NCBI GenBank assembly: GCA_964016885.1
Contig: OZ024741.1
Location: 73,594,001 to 73,658,000, forward strand
DNA length: 64,000 nt
Reading direction: 5' to 3'
Source: Eledone cirrhosa
Lineage: Eukaryota
Part shown: positions 13,491-27,448 of the stretch, piece after piece
Layout: each line of letters begins with the position of its first letter
How positions within the stretch are numbered: the stretch's first letter is position 1
The notes under the pieces: model-generated
The model's input: only the letters and a program-made list of their open reading frames with translations
Databases searched by the model: none
What the model was told of the DNA's origin: nothing
Made by a program: the position numbers and the translations under genes

Positions 13491-13493
<3 letters not shown>

Positions 13494-13741
13494 TTTCTTT
13501 ATTAACCACAAGGGTTTACATAAAGTAGACATTAAGGACAGTGCAGGACAATGCAGTACGGTACAAATGGGCATTTCTGCGTGTAAAAAACAAAAACAGA
13601 GGATGTAACAAAAAATAACAATGAAAAATTCCCCAATAGGGGGGAGACTTCGGAGGGACATTTGTGGAGAAAGCCCAGTAAAAAGCCACAATGACCCTGA
13701 CCACCAAGGCAAGTGCCCTCTCCCAGTTTTCCACCTTTAAT

Positions 13742-16700
13742 TTACAGATATATGCTCAGAGTAGGCCCATTCACTCGGGCCATTCTTGCTTCTCTCACCC
13801 ATCTTTCAACAAAATGCTGGAAAGAGAGCACTTCCCTCTCTACTCTGATTTTCCTTTTCAAATGAAATTTGAAAAAGTCAATCAGAGCATCACCGAAGAG
13901 GTAAGTGCTCGTCTTCAGCCCTTTCAAACGTGTCCACCATACTATCTCTTTCGCCATGACCACCAGACAGATAAAAACTGCCTGCCCTTCCCGGCTGAAC
14001 TCAGCTGGTGACAGCAGGTGTTCGACATAAACCCACAAGTCAGCAATGCTCGGACACTGGACGAGTGCGTGCAGGACGATTTCGTCGCCCTGCGCGCTTC
14101 TTGGACATGCCCGGCTGACGGCACCTCCATGCCTGTAGAGTTTATCCCGAACTGGCAAAGTTCCTCAGTAGCACTGCCAGGCCAGGGATTTCTTGAAGTT
14201 GTCCATAGGCCCCGGCCCGAGAGTCCTTCCGAAGAGATTGGCTAGTTGATTTTCGTCGACGCCTAGAGTTTCTCCAAGTACGTCGTCGCTCTTCCCTTCC
14301 ACTAATCCTCTATAGAACGCCAAGGTGGAGTTTCCACCGATCACATTGCCCGATTGGTCGAGGGCTGTGAGCGCCTGAAGACATTCCAGTCTCCAAGCGC
14401 TCCCTCTCGGTCTTCGCTTGACCCAGGACTGCAGCTCCGTCAAGGAGACGAGCTGGGGACAGACGTGTCTAGCAAACGGTGACCACACCTGATCACCATC
14501 GAAGAAGAGGTGGAGATGTCGTAGCCTGAGCGCGTGTCTGCGCATCATCAGCCACGGCATGCCCAGCCCTCCACGTAGCGGGTATTGACAGCAGATATAC
14601 CGCCTGACCATCAGAGCGCGTCCCTTCCACAAAAAGCGAAAGAGCAAACGCTCCAGCTCAGTCAGGCGGGGCTTAGGACAAGGTACGACGGTCAGGCGGT
14701 AGTAGATGACGGACGCGATGTACACGTTAGCCACCTCCGCTCGACCTTTCAGGGATAGCTTCCTCTCCGCCCATTTCTGGGTGAGAGAAGCCACCCTGCT
14801 CGTCACATCGTCCCAGTTTTTGTCCGTCTGGAGGTCCGGACCGAACCAGACCCCTAGCAATTTAACTGGTCCGTCCGTCCAGCGCCCGACAACGCTGTTG
14901 GACGGCATGGACCTGCCTCTCCATGTGCCGAGCTGCAGGCCCACTGACTTTTCCTGGTTGATCATTGCTCCTGTCACCGCTTCGTATTCTCTAAGTGTAG
15001 TGCCGATCGCTTCGATGTGTTTGGCGTTCGACACCACTACGGTGACATCATCCGCATATGCTGACACGGATCTTCCGCATCCTAGTTCGCGCGGGACCCC
15101 CCTCAACGTCTCCAGTTTGTGCAGTAATGGCTCAAGAGTCAATACGTACAAGAGGAGCGAGAGGGGACATCCTTCGCGGACCGAGCGCATGATGTTGAAC
15201 GGTTCCGAAAGGTGAGCGTTCACTCTCACCACAGAGCAGATGTCGCTGTGCATGGCAGCGATCCAGCCTCTGAAGACGGGCCCAAAGCCAGTCGCCCTCA
15301 GGACTGCCGCTAGGTAACGATGGTCGACCCTATCGAAAGCTTTCGACTGATCTAAATTGATCAAGGACCCACCCGTGCCAGGTTCCCTAGCTACCCTCTC
15401 TACGATGTATCGCATGAGGTGGGGGTTGTCGTGGATGGACCTTTCGGGAATGGCACACGTCTGCGCCTCTCCCATCAGACCACCAACGACAAGCGCCAAC
15501 CTCTTTGCTAGCACCTTGGCCAAAATCTTGAACTCTGTTTTTAGCAGAGTTATGGGCCTGAAATTATCTATGTTATACCCCTTGTTCGGATCCTTTCTCA
15601 GCAGCGCCACAGCTCTTCGGCTCACAGAGCTAGGAATTCTCCCGTTCTGTTGCCAGTTGCAGTAGACATCCGCCAAGAGGCCTCCGAACAAGTCTGGCAT
15701 CTGTACGTAAAGTTCATAGGGCAGACCATCCAAACCAGGCGATTTACGCCTTGTGCAGCCAGTCATTGCCTCCCGTACTTCAGCGGCTGTTATCGGCTTT
15801 TCGCAACACTCCGCCTCAGTGGCCGAGAGCTGCGGCAGTCCGTCGAGGTAGACACTAAAGTCCATCCCTCGATCCGGCCCGCCGCTGCCCCCGAACAGCT
15901 GTGCGAAGTGTCGCTGAAAAGCTTCACACATTTGCCCGGATCGAGTAGCATGCGCCCGTCGTGGTCCACCAAAGACCGTATCGTGGCTTTTTTGCCACGA
16001 CGCGCCTCCGCCACTCGGGCCCATTGAACGGCTTTCGTCCCCTAGTGTCTGAGAGCAAGCACCCTAGCTCTCACGACGCAGCCTTCGTGCTTTGCATTGA
16101 AGAATTGGTCAAGGGCCAATTTCGCCGCAAGTACGTCGGTCGTGATGCCTTTGCTAAGCGTCTAATTTTCTAACTAATTCTCCCTCTGCGCTATTTTTTT
16201 CTATTGCTAAAGCCTTACTAAACCTAATGAACTCTATTCTGATTGCTCTTTTCAGAGCAAACCACCACTTGTTGTTGACGATGGCCTCCGTCAACGCTCG
16301 CTTAACTAGTTCGCTAATCCGGTCTCTGTAGGCCTTGCGCGCTGGTAACGACGCGTTTAGCTTCCAGTAGCCGGGTCCTCGTCTATGAAGCCTATCTAAG
16401 TCAAGCACACAGATCACGAATTTGTGGTCCGTCTAGCTGACTATCTTGAATTGTGGATAGCCTATGCTAGACCTATCTATTTCCCTACAAAATACTCTAT
16501 CTAGATATTATCTGGATCACCCTATTCGATTTGTCCAAGTCCACATTGGCACATTCGGGAAATCCAATCGGTACCTGTCAGACAGTTCAAAACGCATGAG
16601 CAGGTTGGTGAGACTCTTGCACCCTCCTCCCCTATCCACTAATCCCACACAGTCCCAGCGTGCATCTAAGATCCCGTTCCAGTCGCCCACTAACACTAAA

Positions 16701-17104
16701 GAGCGGGATGTTCCAAGAAATGTCTCCAGACGCCGGAAGAAATCAGGCCGCCCTGCTCCTGTCGGGGCATAGACGGCCACTAACCTGACAGCTTGCCCGT
16801 CTCCGCTGGTCACGTCCAGCACCACCAATTTACCTTCTGGGTCCAGGAAGATGGCCCGTATGGCAAGACCCAAACCTCTCCGAAAAAGCACAGCAACTCC
16901 ACCCCCCGATCCCGGACGGCTGGGAGATGCGTACACATCGTAGCCGCCGAAGATCGGTGCGAAGGCCCGTGCTTCGGAGATTCTGGTCTCGCTGATGGCC
17001 ACTACATCTATGTTTAGTGACCTGAGGTTGTTGAGCAGGTGGCCCTGCTTCCATGACGACCCAAAGCCACGCACATTTATGCTGCCTATTCTGAGTGAGG
17101 TCAT
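13742..17104 (-). pseudogene. Tx1 ORF2 (APE endonuclease + RT), with stops and frameshifts
   Basis: GSINVRG...ISET, YAP, GDWN, GPGYWKLN, SPGLDG, FRPITLL, DQSKAFD, GCPLS, YADD, LGVWFG, GGLGMP, HALVQCP, split over 4 ORFs. Confidence 0.92.
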
Positions 17105-17138
17105 GTTGAAATGGAATGGAAAAGATGGGAAAGACCAC

Positions 17139-19010
17139 TTACCTTATTTCTCGTAGAGGAAGGACGATTTCTCCATCCTTTTCACTGCTTGTGGCCTCCT
17201 CAGGAAGGATGTCCTTATAAATCCTGCTGGAGAGTGTTTGTCGGAAGTCTCCGATGTCTTTGGGGAATTTTTGTTTTAGTGTCATGTACGTTTTCTGTGT
17301 GATGCGAGTGATTTGTATGTGTGGAGGTGGTGTGAACTTTTGGCTTGTTGTGTAGTCTTTTTCTGTGATGCTGGTGTTGTGTTGGATGTAGTGTAATAAT
17401 TGGTTGTTGTTCAAATTTAATGCTGTGTAGTGTGTATCGTTTTGGTTGTTTTGTTTTGTTTGTGTTTGTTGTGGGTTTGTTTCTGTTTCGCTTTTTGATG
17501 ACTTTTGTGGTGTAGGTGATGGTGGTGTTGGGGTTAATGATGGTGACGGTGTTGGTGTTTGGGGTGATGGGGTTGGTGATGCTGGTGTGGATGGTGGCAT
17601 ATCTGTCCTAACTTTTCTGTTTGATAGTTTATTTGTTTCCCTCTATATTTTGTTTTTGGAGGGGGAAGGAAGAGAATTTTTTCTTTTTTGGTTTCTTTTT
17701 TTCTTTTTTTCCTGATACCGTTTCCCACTCCTCGTCGTCACAATCTGTCTCCAGTTGTGATAGGCCGGGGAGTGGAAAATCCTCCACGGGCGTTAGTTTT
17801 GCTGGGGTTGTTGCTGTTATAGTTGCTTCTGTTGTTGCTGCTACAGTTGTTGCTGCCATCTCTGCTGCTGGTGGTGTTGATGGTTGAGTCACTGGGGTGG
17901 GTAGGAGAGGTGGCCTCAACCTTTTAGCCTGAGGGCAGAAAGCAGTTAGGTGGGTTCCTTCATCACAAACGACACACCTAGGCCTTCTTCCCTCGACAAT
18001 TACGGTGAGGTGGCTGCCGTCAGTGAGGTCTATTACCTCTGGGATCTCCTCAATGCTTTTTTGGTCCGCTTGGATCAGGAGCTCCATCCCAGATCCGGAC
18101 CAGTTCTCGTGTTTTTCTTTCGCTATTGATATTATCTTGGTGTTGGCTTCGATGCCAGTGAGGACGGCAGCTATTAGTCAGGGAATTTCGATGGCCGGAT
18201 GAACGTGGGTCACCCTGATCTTTACGAGTCTCTGGCCACAATATCTTGGGACGAGTGTTAAGTCGTCACTTCTAAATGGGGCCAATGAGTGTTCTCTAGC
18301 ATCCTCTGGTGTTTCAAAGAACACGTCCACGGTTCCATACTTCTGCCCACGTTTGATGTGGGTTTTTCTTGCCCACACATGTCCCAAAGCTTTTTGGATT
18401 TGGGACTCGGATGCCCGTTCCACTCGGCGCGATTTTACATTAATTGTTCGATAAGACACGGTGCATAGGCTCCGATGCTCCATTTTATTAGGTGGGGGGT
18501 GAGGCTGACCCTGTACCCATCTTTCTTTACCATTTGTTTGGTATCTTCTAATTTCTCCTGAGTTACCTGAAATGCTTCGCACTGTTTTGCTACTCTGGCA
18601 AAACTCAGGGTGGCTTTCTTAATGTCATTGTTGCTGTTGTTGTTATCGTTATTTTTGTTATTATTAATTTTAGTTTCAGTTGTGGTGGTGGTGGCATCAG
18701 TGGTGTTCGGTGCGGAAGAGTTCATTTTGGTTGAATTCATTTCGACATCACGAGTTAATTTATTTTTTCTTTTGTTTCTGTTGTCACGGTGGTGGTGGGG
18801 GTGGGGGTTGTAGCGGTGGTGGTGGTGGTGGTGGCGGCTTTAACACCTGCAGTCATTGGTAATGGCGGGAAATGAATGTCTGCCTGAGACAAATTTAAAA
18901 TATTGCTACTGCTTATATTTTTTTTAGTGTTGGCAAACGTAGTAACATTTACAATGGTGGTGTCGGTGTGAGGTGTTAGTTTGGGAGAAAGGAGTGACTC
19001 TGAGTCAGCA
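17139..19010 (-). pseudogene. Tx1 ORF1 (gag-like), frameshifted
   Basis: Pieces 18435-18740, 18178-18582, 17629-18087 (CVVCDEGTHLTAFC knuckle, FPLP, WETV...KKK) and 17139-17600. An upstream Thr/Pro-rich FPPLP segment is also present. Confidence 0.75.
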
Positions 19011-19214
19011 ATAATTTTTCAAAGAAAAATGCTTTTGATAATTATAAAAGTTTAATTTTGGGCTCAAGGCCCCAATCGTTTTGGGTGTCCTTTTCAGATA
19101 ACAATGTATGTGCAATTATATACAGTTAACAATTAAATTTTCCATGAATGGCAATTTTGAACAACTGAAAATAACAAACGTTTGCGGAGCTCACGATGAT
19201 ACGATTTACTACGT

Positions 19215-19726
19215 AGGTCCAGAGGCGGTGATGGAGAACAATCAGGTGAAGGTGCTGTGGGATTTTAGGATACAGACGGACAAAAAACTGGAACACAATA
19301 GACCTGACCTGGTGGTTGTGGACAAAGAAAAAAGATCGTGTCTGATTGTGGATGTGGCCTGCCCGTTCGACACGAGAGTGCAAGAGAAGGAGAGGGAGAA
19401 AATTAACCGATACCAGGACCTAAAGTGGGAGGTGAAAAGGATTTGGAACTGCCATGAAGTCAAAGTGATCCCGATTGTCATAGGCGCACTGGGGACTATC
19501 TCCAAAAGTTTCCAGGGATGGTTAAAGAAAATCGGCCCCTTCACGCTTTTTGGAACGCTTCAAAAGGCATGCTTGCTTGGAACAGCAAGAACCCTCCGAT
19601 ACGTCCTGAATATCTGAGGCTGCAGGTAGTGGCTTGATATTCAATCCAACGGACTTTCCAGTTAACCAACATCAATGACTGAGATTCAAGGAATAACAAC
19701 AATAATAATAATAATAATAATAATAA
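19215..19726 (+). mobile_element. 5'-truncated R4/Dong copy
   Basis: Near-identical to 12959-13490, with (AAT)n tail. Confidence 0.95.
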
Positions 19727-20790
19727 TCGTTTTGAAACACGAAAGCATCAAAAGATGCACAAAGATACAGTAATGGACTACAAATTTCAGAAGTCTCATT
19801 TACTGCTGAAATGGAAAACACAGAAAAAGCAAAGCAGGTAAAAGTAACTGCAAAGAAACTGGCTAAGAAATGGCAAGAAAAGCCTCTGTATGGAAAATAC
19901 CCAGAAAGAGCTAACAATCCTGATGTTGACAAAATTTTAACCCATCAGTGGTTGGCATCCTCTGGACTGAAATCGAAGACTGAAGGACTGATTATATCAG
20001 CACAAGATCAGTGTCTACCAACAAAAAATTACCAAGCCAACATAATAAAAAATGGATGCAACCCATTATGCCGTGTATGTAAAGAAAACAACCAGAGACC
20101 ATTGATCATATAATCTCAATGCGCAGTCCTATAGCTCCAACCAAATACCTAAAAGGCATGACAGAGCTGCACAATACATACATTGGATAATGTGTAAGCA
20201 TTTTGACCTGCCCCATCAAAAGAATTGGTGGGAGCATCAACCACCTCCCATACTTGAAAAAGATCACATCTCAATCTTGTGGAACTTTAGCATCCAAACA
20301 GACCGAAAAATAGATGCTAATACACCTGATATAATACTGAAGGACTTTAAAAAGAGAGTATGCCTGCTAATTGATATGTCCGTTCCAATAGACAATAATG
20401 TATGTATAAAAACATTTGTAAAATTGAGCAAGTATAAGGACCTGGAGATAGAAATGTGGAAACTGAGAACTAAAACAATACCAGTGGTTGTAGGCGCTCT
20501 AGGAATGATACCTAAGGGGTCTAATGATTACTTATAGAAAATCCCAGGAAACCCGCGTATAGGAGAAATACAAAAGATAGTACTAATGGGAACTGCCCAT
20601 ATACTAAGAAAGATTCTGTCAATATAAGTACATCACAAGTCTAAACACCTAAAGATGCATGTGTGTGTATGTAGGTTCTTTCTTGAACATGGCGGACCTT
20701 GTTGACTCTTGAGATCACTGGTTGTGACTTGGTGATAACTCGTATGAACATAAAGCAAGATAAATGCAACTATAATAATAATAATAATAA
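19727..20790 (+). mobile_element. Second, diverged R4/Dong-like family; degraded 3' part
   Basis: WQEKPLYGKY, WLASSGLK...EGLIISAQDQ, CRVC, QTDRKIDANTPDI...IDMSVP...KLSKYKDL, VVGALG. (AAT)n tail. Confidence 0.88.
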
Positions 20791-22736
20791 TGGTTTCTTT
20801 ATTGGCCACAAGGGCTAACACGAAGAAAAACATTAGAGACGGCACAGAACAGTACTGGACGATACAAAGTGGGTTTTGGTCGTGTAAACAGGTTATAACA
20901 AAATTGGGCTAGAAATCCAAAAAAGATTTAAATAACAAAAATTCCCCCCGAAAGAGGGAAACCTCCGAGAGTCACTCGTGGCGAAAACTACACAAAAAGG
21001 CCACGGCCACCCTGACCACCAGGACAAGCGCCTTCTCTCAGTTTTCCCACTCCTCAGTCTACAGGCGCATACTCAGAGCGGGCCCGTTCACTCGGACCAG
21101 ACTCGCCACTTTCACCCACCTTTCAACAAACTTACTAGAAGACAGCACTTGCCCCTCCACCCTGATTTTCCTCTTCAAGTGAAACTTGAAGAAGTTAATC
21201 AGGGATTGGCTGGAGAGGAAAGTGTCCATCTTCAACCCTTTCAATCTTGTCCACCACACAATCTCTTTCGCCATGGCCACCAGGCAGATGAAAACTTCCT
21301 CCCCTTCCTCCTCTTTAAAGGAGGATGGCGGGTCTATCTGCACAATGGACTCAGTCGATAACCGGATCCGTCCTACACGCGACAACAGCTGTTAGACATA
21401 GCTCCACAAGTCAGCAATCCTCGGGCACTGAATGAGTGCGTGCACAACGGTTTCGTCGCCCTGCGCGCATCTCGGAAGGCTCGGCTGACAGCACCTCCGT
21501 GTCTGTAGAGCTTATCCCGAACCGGCAACGCTCCCCGGAAGCACTGCCAGGCCAGGGATTTCTGGAAGTTGTCCATAGGCCCCGGTCTGAAAGTTCTCTT
21601 GAAGAGAGCGAACAGCTGATCGTCTTCGACGCCCAAGGTCTCCCCGAGAACGTCGTCGCTCTTTAACCTCCACTAGCCCACTATAGAACACCGAGGTGGA
21701 TGTTCCACCGATACTAGTGCCCAGATGGTAGAGGGCGGTGAGCGCTTGGAGACATTCCAGCTTCCAAGCGCTATTCGTCGGTCTTTTCCTGACCCAGGGC
21801 TGCAGCTCCGTCGAGGAGACGAGCTGGGGAAAAGCGCGTCTGGCAAACGGCGACCACACCTGTTCACCGTCAAGGAAACACCAGAGATGTTGCAGCCTCA
21901 GCGCATGTTTGCGCATCATCAGCCACGGCATGCTTAGTCCTCCACGCAACGGGTGTTCGCAGCAAATGGATCGTCTGACCATGGGAGCACGTCCCTTCCA
22001 CAAAAAGCGGAAGAGAAGGCGCTCCATTGTGGTCAGAGTTGGGCAGGGACAAGGTACGACGGTCAGGCGGTAGCAGATGACGGACGCTATGTACGCATTC
22101 GCCACCTCCGCCCGACCTTTCAGAAACAGCCTCCTCTCGGCCCATTTCTGGGTGAGAGAGGCCACCCTGCTCGTCACCTCGCTCCAGTTTTTCTCCATCT
22201 GGAGGTCCGGACCGAACCAGACCCCGAGCAATTTAACAGGTTCTTCCGTCCAGCGCTCCACGACGCTGTCGGACAGTATGGACTTGCCTCTCCAGGTGCC
22301 GAGTTGCAAGCCCACCGACTTTTCCTGGTTTATCTTTGCTCCTGACACCGCTTCGTATTCATAGAGAGCGGTGCCGAGCATCTGGACGTGTCTGGTGCTC
22401 GACACCACCACGGTGACGTCGTCGGCGTAAGCTGACACGGATCTCCCGCATCCCAGTTCGCGACAAACACCCCTCATGGTCTCCAATTTGTGCAGTAACG
22501 TCTCGAGGGCCAGTACGTACAAGAGGGACGAGAGGGGGCAACCCAGGCGGACCGAGCGCATGATGCTGAAAGGCTGCCAAAGGTGGCCATTCACACTCAC
22601 AATCGAGCAGATGTCGCTGTGCATCGCAGCGATCCAGCCCCTAAAAACGGGCCCGAAGCCGGCCGCCTCGAGGACCGCAGCCAGGTACCGATAGTCGACC
22701 CTATCAAATGCTTTAGATTGATCCAAGATTGATCAC
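20791..22736 (-). mobile_element. 5'-truncated Tx1-clade LINE (related subfamily)
   Basis: ORF 21512-22726 (DQSKAFD...YADD...LGVWFG) is homologous to 14165-16024. The 3' end runs into (TTA)n. Confidence 0.92.
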
Positions 22737-22840
22737 AAGAGCAAGAATGAGGGGCTCATTCTACTGACATGGCTTTAAAAATGACACCACACACACATAC
22801 ACATACAACATACACGTACATACATACATACATACATACA

Positions 22841-22876
<36 letters not shown>

Positions 22877-22908
22877 TATGTATATATGTATATATATATA
22901 TATATGTA

Positions 22909-22955
<47 letters not shown>

Positions 22956-23015
22956 ATGTGTGTAAAAAAGAAGTGTAAGTCAACAAGTTAAAATTAATTT
23001 CGTTTATTTATATTT

Positions 23016-23074
23016 GCTGCAATAAATATTTCAGTGATAACCGTGATTCAACAAGTATGACCTCATCAAGCAGC
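23016..23074 (-). ncRNA. Degenerate type I hammerhead
   Basis: gctgc-TTGATGA-...-GAAA-tatttatt-gcagc, then AATAAA. C3 is changed to U. Confidence 0.5.
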
Positions 23075-23395
23075 TAGAGCTTCAACAGAAAAAGACAGGA
23101 AAACATTATGGTGGAACAAAGTTTACCTCCGTTATTTCGTTGATATGCCCAGTTCTGAAGTGTGGTGTTTTTTTCTCAAAGAATTGGTGGCATATGAATT
23201 AGAATGAACGAATTCAAGTATCAGAAGAATGTACCTTCCCCCCATTGATTAGATACTATCTTAGCACTCCTGTACCAAGTCTATTGAATTTCGTAGACCT
23301 GTGTCCTTGAAACAGATCAGTCTGCTTGGGTTGTTTTTAACAACCAGCTATAATAACTGTATATACCAAGAAAATAGGGGCATTTTGGTCTAGCT

Positions 23396-23624
23396 CAGAC
23401 ATGTCAAACTGAGGGTCTCCCGAGGGCCACATGGCCACATGGGATACATCTGTGTTTTCTGAGGACCACACACGACAACTAATTGTGCGCATTACAACTA
23501 CATTTTTTTCATTTTATATTACAAAGATAAAACATGCTCGCGCTGTAAAAAATCTTTGTGCGGGCCGCAGGTGTGCTTATAAAGGACCGCATGCGGCCCG
23601 CGGGTTGCATGTTTGACATGCTTA
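23396..23624. mobile_element. hAT (Charlie-like) MITE
   Basis: TIRs cagacatgtcaaac / gtttgacatgctta. 8-bp TSD gtctagct / gtctaggt. Subterminal gcggccc repeats. Confidence 0.8.
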
Positions 23625-23945
23625 GTCTAGGTGATCTAATTGATCTTAGTTGCAGTGGTGTAAACAAGTCAACTGCTACCACTCATTTTGCGGTAGTATT
23701 GTAGTTGCTAGTGAACAATTCATGTATGTAACATGATATGGTTTCATCTGGGAGTGTGAATGCTTATCCATGTTAAAAGTCCTGATAGTAAGAGATGTTA
23801 GAATTATAACTGTAGGTGTTAAAACTTATAAGTGTTAAAATTTATTAGTGTTAAAAATTATAATCCATATTGTAAACATTTAGTAGAAACCCGCAAACAC
23901 ACATCTACGTACCTCCACACATACATCCATACATAAAGATATCTA

Positions 23946-24013
<68 letters not shown>

Positions 24014-24372
24014 CATACATACACAAGCAGACACACATATGTGTATACGTACACACATTCACAGACACATATGCACCCTTTAGAGAGGTGGAAAAAGAAA
24101 TAATAAGTACGCCTTATTTATTTATCACAGTTAGTACTGACTTTTATGTGCGAAAGGGATTAGGTTGGAGGCTGGAGGTTGGCTTACACTTCTCGCTTTT
24201 AAATTACTCCAGAGTAAACAGACCCACCTGCGCACTCGTTGAGTGCTCTACTCTGCATACTGAAGTGTCGGTAAACAACACATCCTCAAATTTTATACAT
24301 AGCTTTCATAACTTTGATAGGTTTGGGCCATTATTGGCCCAGACCATGTCTAACTTAATAGCACCACCTGGC

Positions 24373-24410
<38 letters not shown>

Positions 24411-24536
24411 GGGGAGAGAGAGAAAGTGAAGTCGGAAATAGCACGGAAAATATATTTTAGGGTCTGTTTTTCTTTCTTTTTTTTTTCTTTGATTCGTCAA
24501 AGTGACAATTCTTTTAAAAAAGAGTATTATAATGTA

Positions 24537-25135
24537 CTAGCAGTGGTACCCGGCGTTGCACGGGATAAGGTATTTCGGAACGCGGGCCGCCAACAGACCT
24601 AATCGTGGAAAAACTGCATGCCTCGACAATATGTAAAGAAAATAAACGGAATACTCTGATGGCTGGATAATCTTTAAAATTTTCCTTGATGAAGCAGGAA
24701 AAATGCAGGTTTTCACCTAATGCGGGCCCTAGGGGATCAAGAAAATGAATTTTTTTCATGTGCATAATATGCCTTGAAATTTCGGGAAAATCAGCTAGAC
24801 GTCAAAAAAGCCCTAAAATGCTGAAAAAATGAAATTTTTCACCTAATGCGGGCCCTAGTCCATAGAAAAATTAGATTTCCTTTTCTCACGGTATGAAGAA
24901 GAGACTGACTAATATATAGTTACAATTTCAAGGAAATCAATCGGTCTTATGTAAGGCCTCAAAAAAAACCTAAAAAGCTTAAAAAAACGCAGTTTTTTAC
25001 CCAATGCGGGCGCTAGGGATCAAAAAGTTGGATTTTATTATGTGCATAACACTCCCCGAAACATAAGTAATACACATGTAAAGTTTGAAAAAAATTAGTT
25101 GAGTACTTCTCGAGTTTTAGGGATTCAAATTCAGA

Positions 25136-25175
<40 letters not shown>

Positions 25176-25197
25176 TCCTCAGTATTATATATATAGA
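24537..25197 (-). mobile_element. Non-autonomous Helitron
   Basis: Minus strand: A|TCTATATATATAA...cccgtgcaacgccggg hairpin...CTAG|T, with no TSD. Confidence 0.85.
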
Positions 25198-25277
25198 TAT
25201 AAAGTATATAAAGTACTTTTCTCTATATCCACTGTTTTGTATAGAACCTTACTTCCCTTTTCTAATATATATATATA

Positions 25278-25625
25278 TAGGAGGTGAGTTTTATTGTAGT
25301 ACAATAAAGCAATGCAAATATGGGATAAGTAGCACTCTACAGTTTGTAGGACTGGAGTATAAATAATATAAGATCAAAAGATGGTTAAAAGAGTTCCAAG
25401 TATTTTATTATGCGCATTTCAAAAACAAATATCATCATGAGATGACATTTTCGTTTTCATCAGATAAAATAGGGAGACATGATATGAAGGTTAAAAAACA
25501 CTTGTGAATAGTGAAGTTTTAAATCAACATATGTTGATGAAAACGAAAATGTCATCTCATGATGATATTTGTTTTTGAAAGCGCATAATAAAATACTTGG
25601 AACTCTTTTAACCATCTTTTGATCT

Positions 25626-25633
<8 letters not shown>
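25278..25633. repeat. Inverted-repeat element in (TA)n (arms 25363-25462 / 25535-25633; left copy extends to 25278)
   Basis: ~100-bp near-perfect arms. Degenerate atgatga...GAAAtgcgcata + AATAAA. The 3' tip recurs at 26866-26893 and ~27517-27540. Confidence 0.85.
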
Positions 25634-25688
<55 letters not shown>

Positions 25689-25933
25689 AGGAGATATGCA
25701 TCCTAGGAAAGGAGGCGAGGTAAAAAAAGTGTGATATAGTATGCTAGATGCCGATAGCCGAAGCGAGGTCTGTTCAATGCTTAGGGTTGCAGTGTTAAAT
25801 ATTATAGAATGGTTAATATTTAATGAGGAAGGCAAGCAGAGCAAGTATAAGCAGAATAAACGAAGGAAATGCCATACGTTTAAAACCAAATTTTAGTTGT
25901 TTTAAACGTATTGGATCTCCTTCATTTATTCTG

Positions 25934-25990
<57 letters not shown>

Positions 25991-26671
25991 TTATGTATGT
26001 ATGTACGTATGTATGTATATATACGCATGTATATATGTATATATGTATGAATGTATGTATGTATATATGTATGTATGTATAAGGGAAGAGAAAATGGGAG
26101 GAGATAGCACGATAAAAACAAAGGAAGCAACAACAACAACAACAACAACAACAACAGCAGCATCAGCAATAACAACAAGGAAACACAGAGTGTTTGTGAA
26201 TATGGCTAGGTCATAACTGCACGGAGGAGAAGGGTAGAAGAGCAAAAGGCAATAATTTTGTTTGTTGGTACGTCTGAGATAATGATACTGGATCGAGATG
26301 TGTTATCCAACGTTGGATCAGCGATCTGTTAGAAAGAAAGCGAGTAACCATATTTCACATTTTCAATATCTCGTCACAAACAGTTGTTAAACGTTAATAA
26401 GATTTTAATCTCAACCAATGAATGATGTATTGGCTTGGAAGACCTTAGCAAAACCTAACTCAAATGACTCATTCCTGCTTGGTCGACGCTTCAATGGATT
26501 CTGGCAACGAACTTTGTGCCTGACAGTCTGACTGTCTATCTGTCTGTCTGTGTGTTTGTCTGTCAGTTGCCTGCCAGTTACTTTTCTCCTTTTATATTCT
26601 TTTATTTCTACTTCTCGTTAATGTCTCTCCTTCTTCACCCCCCTCCCTCTCACTCTCTGTCTTTCTCCCGA

Positions 26672-26761
<90 letters not shown>

Positions 26762-26779
26762 CATACATATACATACACG

Positions 26780-26867
<88 letters not shown>

Positions 26868-26896
26868 GGAGGTGAGTTTTATTGTAGTACAATGTT

Positions 26897-26977
<81 letters not shown>

Positions 26978-27375
26978 GAAGAGAGAGAGAGAGACATAAA
27001 TAGATACCTGTCAGGCTGTCAGTCATTTACAGACCCTCATTTTGTCTCTTCAAGTGTGTGTGTGCGTGCGTATGCGTGCGTATGCGTGCGTATGCGTGCG
27101 TATGCGTGCGTATGCGTGCGTATGCGTGCGTATGCGTGCGTATGCGTGCGTATGCGTGCGTATGCGTGCGTATGCATAAGTCTACATATATAATATTTAT
27201 CATTAATAATGACGGTTTTGAGCAACCAGTATCGACGAAACTTCGAAGTAAACAGTTACTGTTAATAATAAATACTATTTGGTCTCTTTATTCAGTATTG
27301 GATCTTTTACTCGCTCTTTGTTTTTGGTACATAAGTAAACAAATATATAAAGCATGTCTATAATTCGTATGTGAG

Positions 27376-27448
<73 letters not shown>

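Larger units (their letters stand above)
13491..19214 (-). mobile_element. Near full-length Tx1-clade (L1 group) LINE, disrupted
   Basis: ORF1 with zinc knuckle plus ORF2 with APE-RT-CCHC. The 3' end ...cccttgtggttaataaagaaatca runs into (TTA)n. Confidence 0.9.
22975..24300 (-). mobile_element. Non-coding hammerhead-bearing element related to 5770-7175
   Basis: Shared terminal and internal blocks. Interrupted by a MITE and by microsatellites. Confidence 0.55.
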
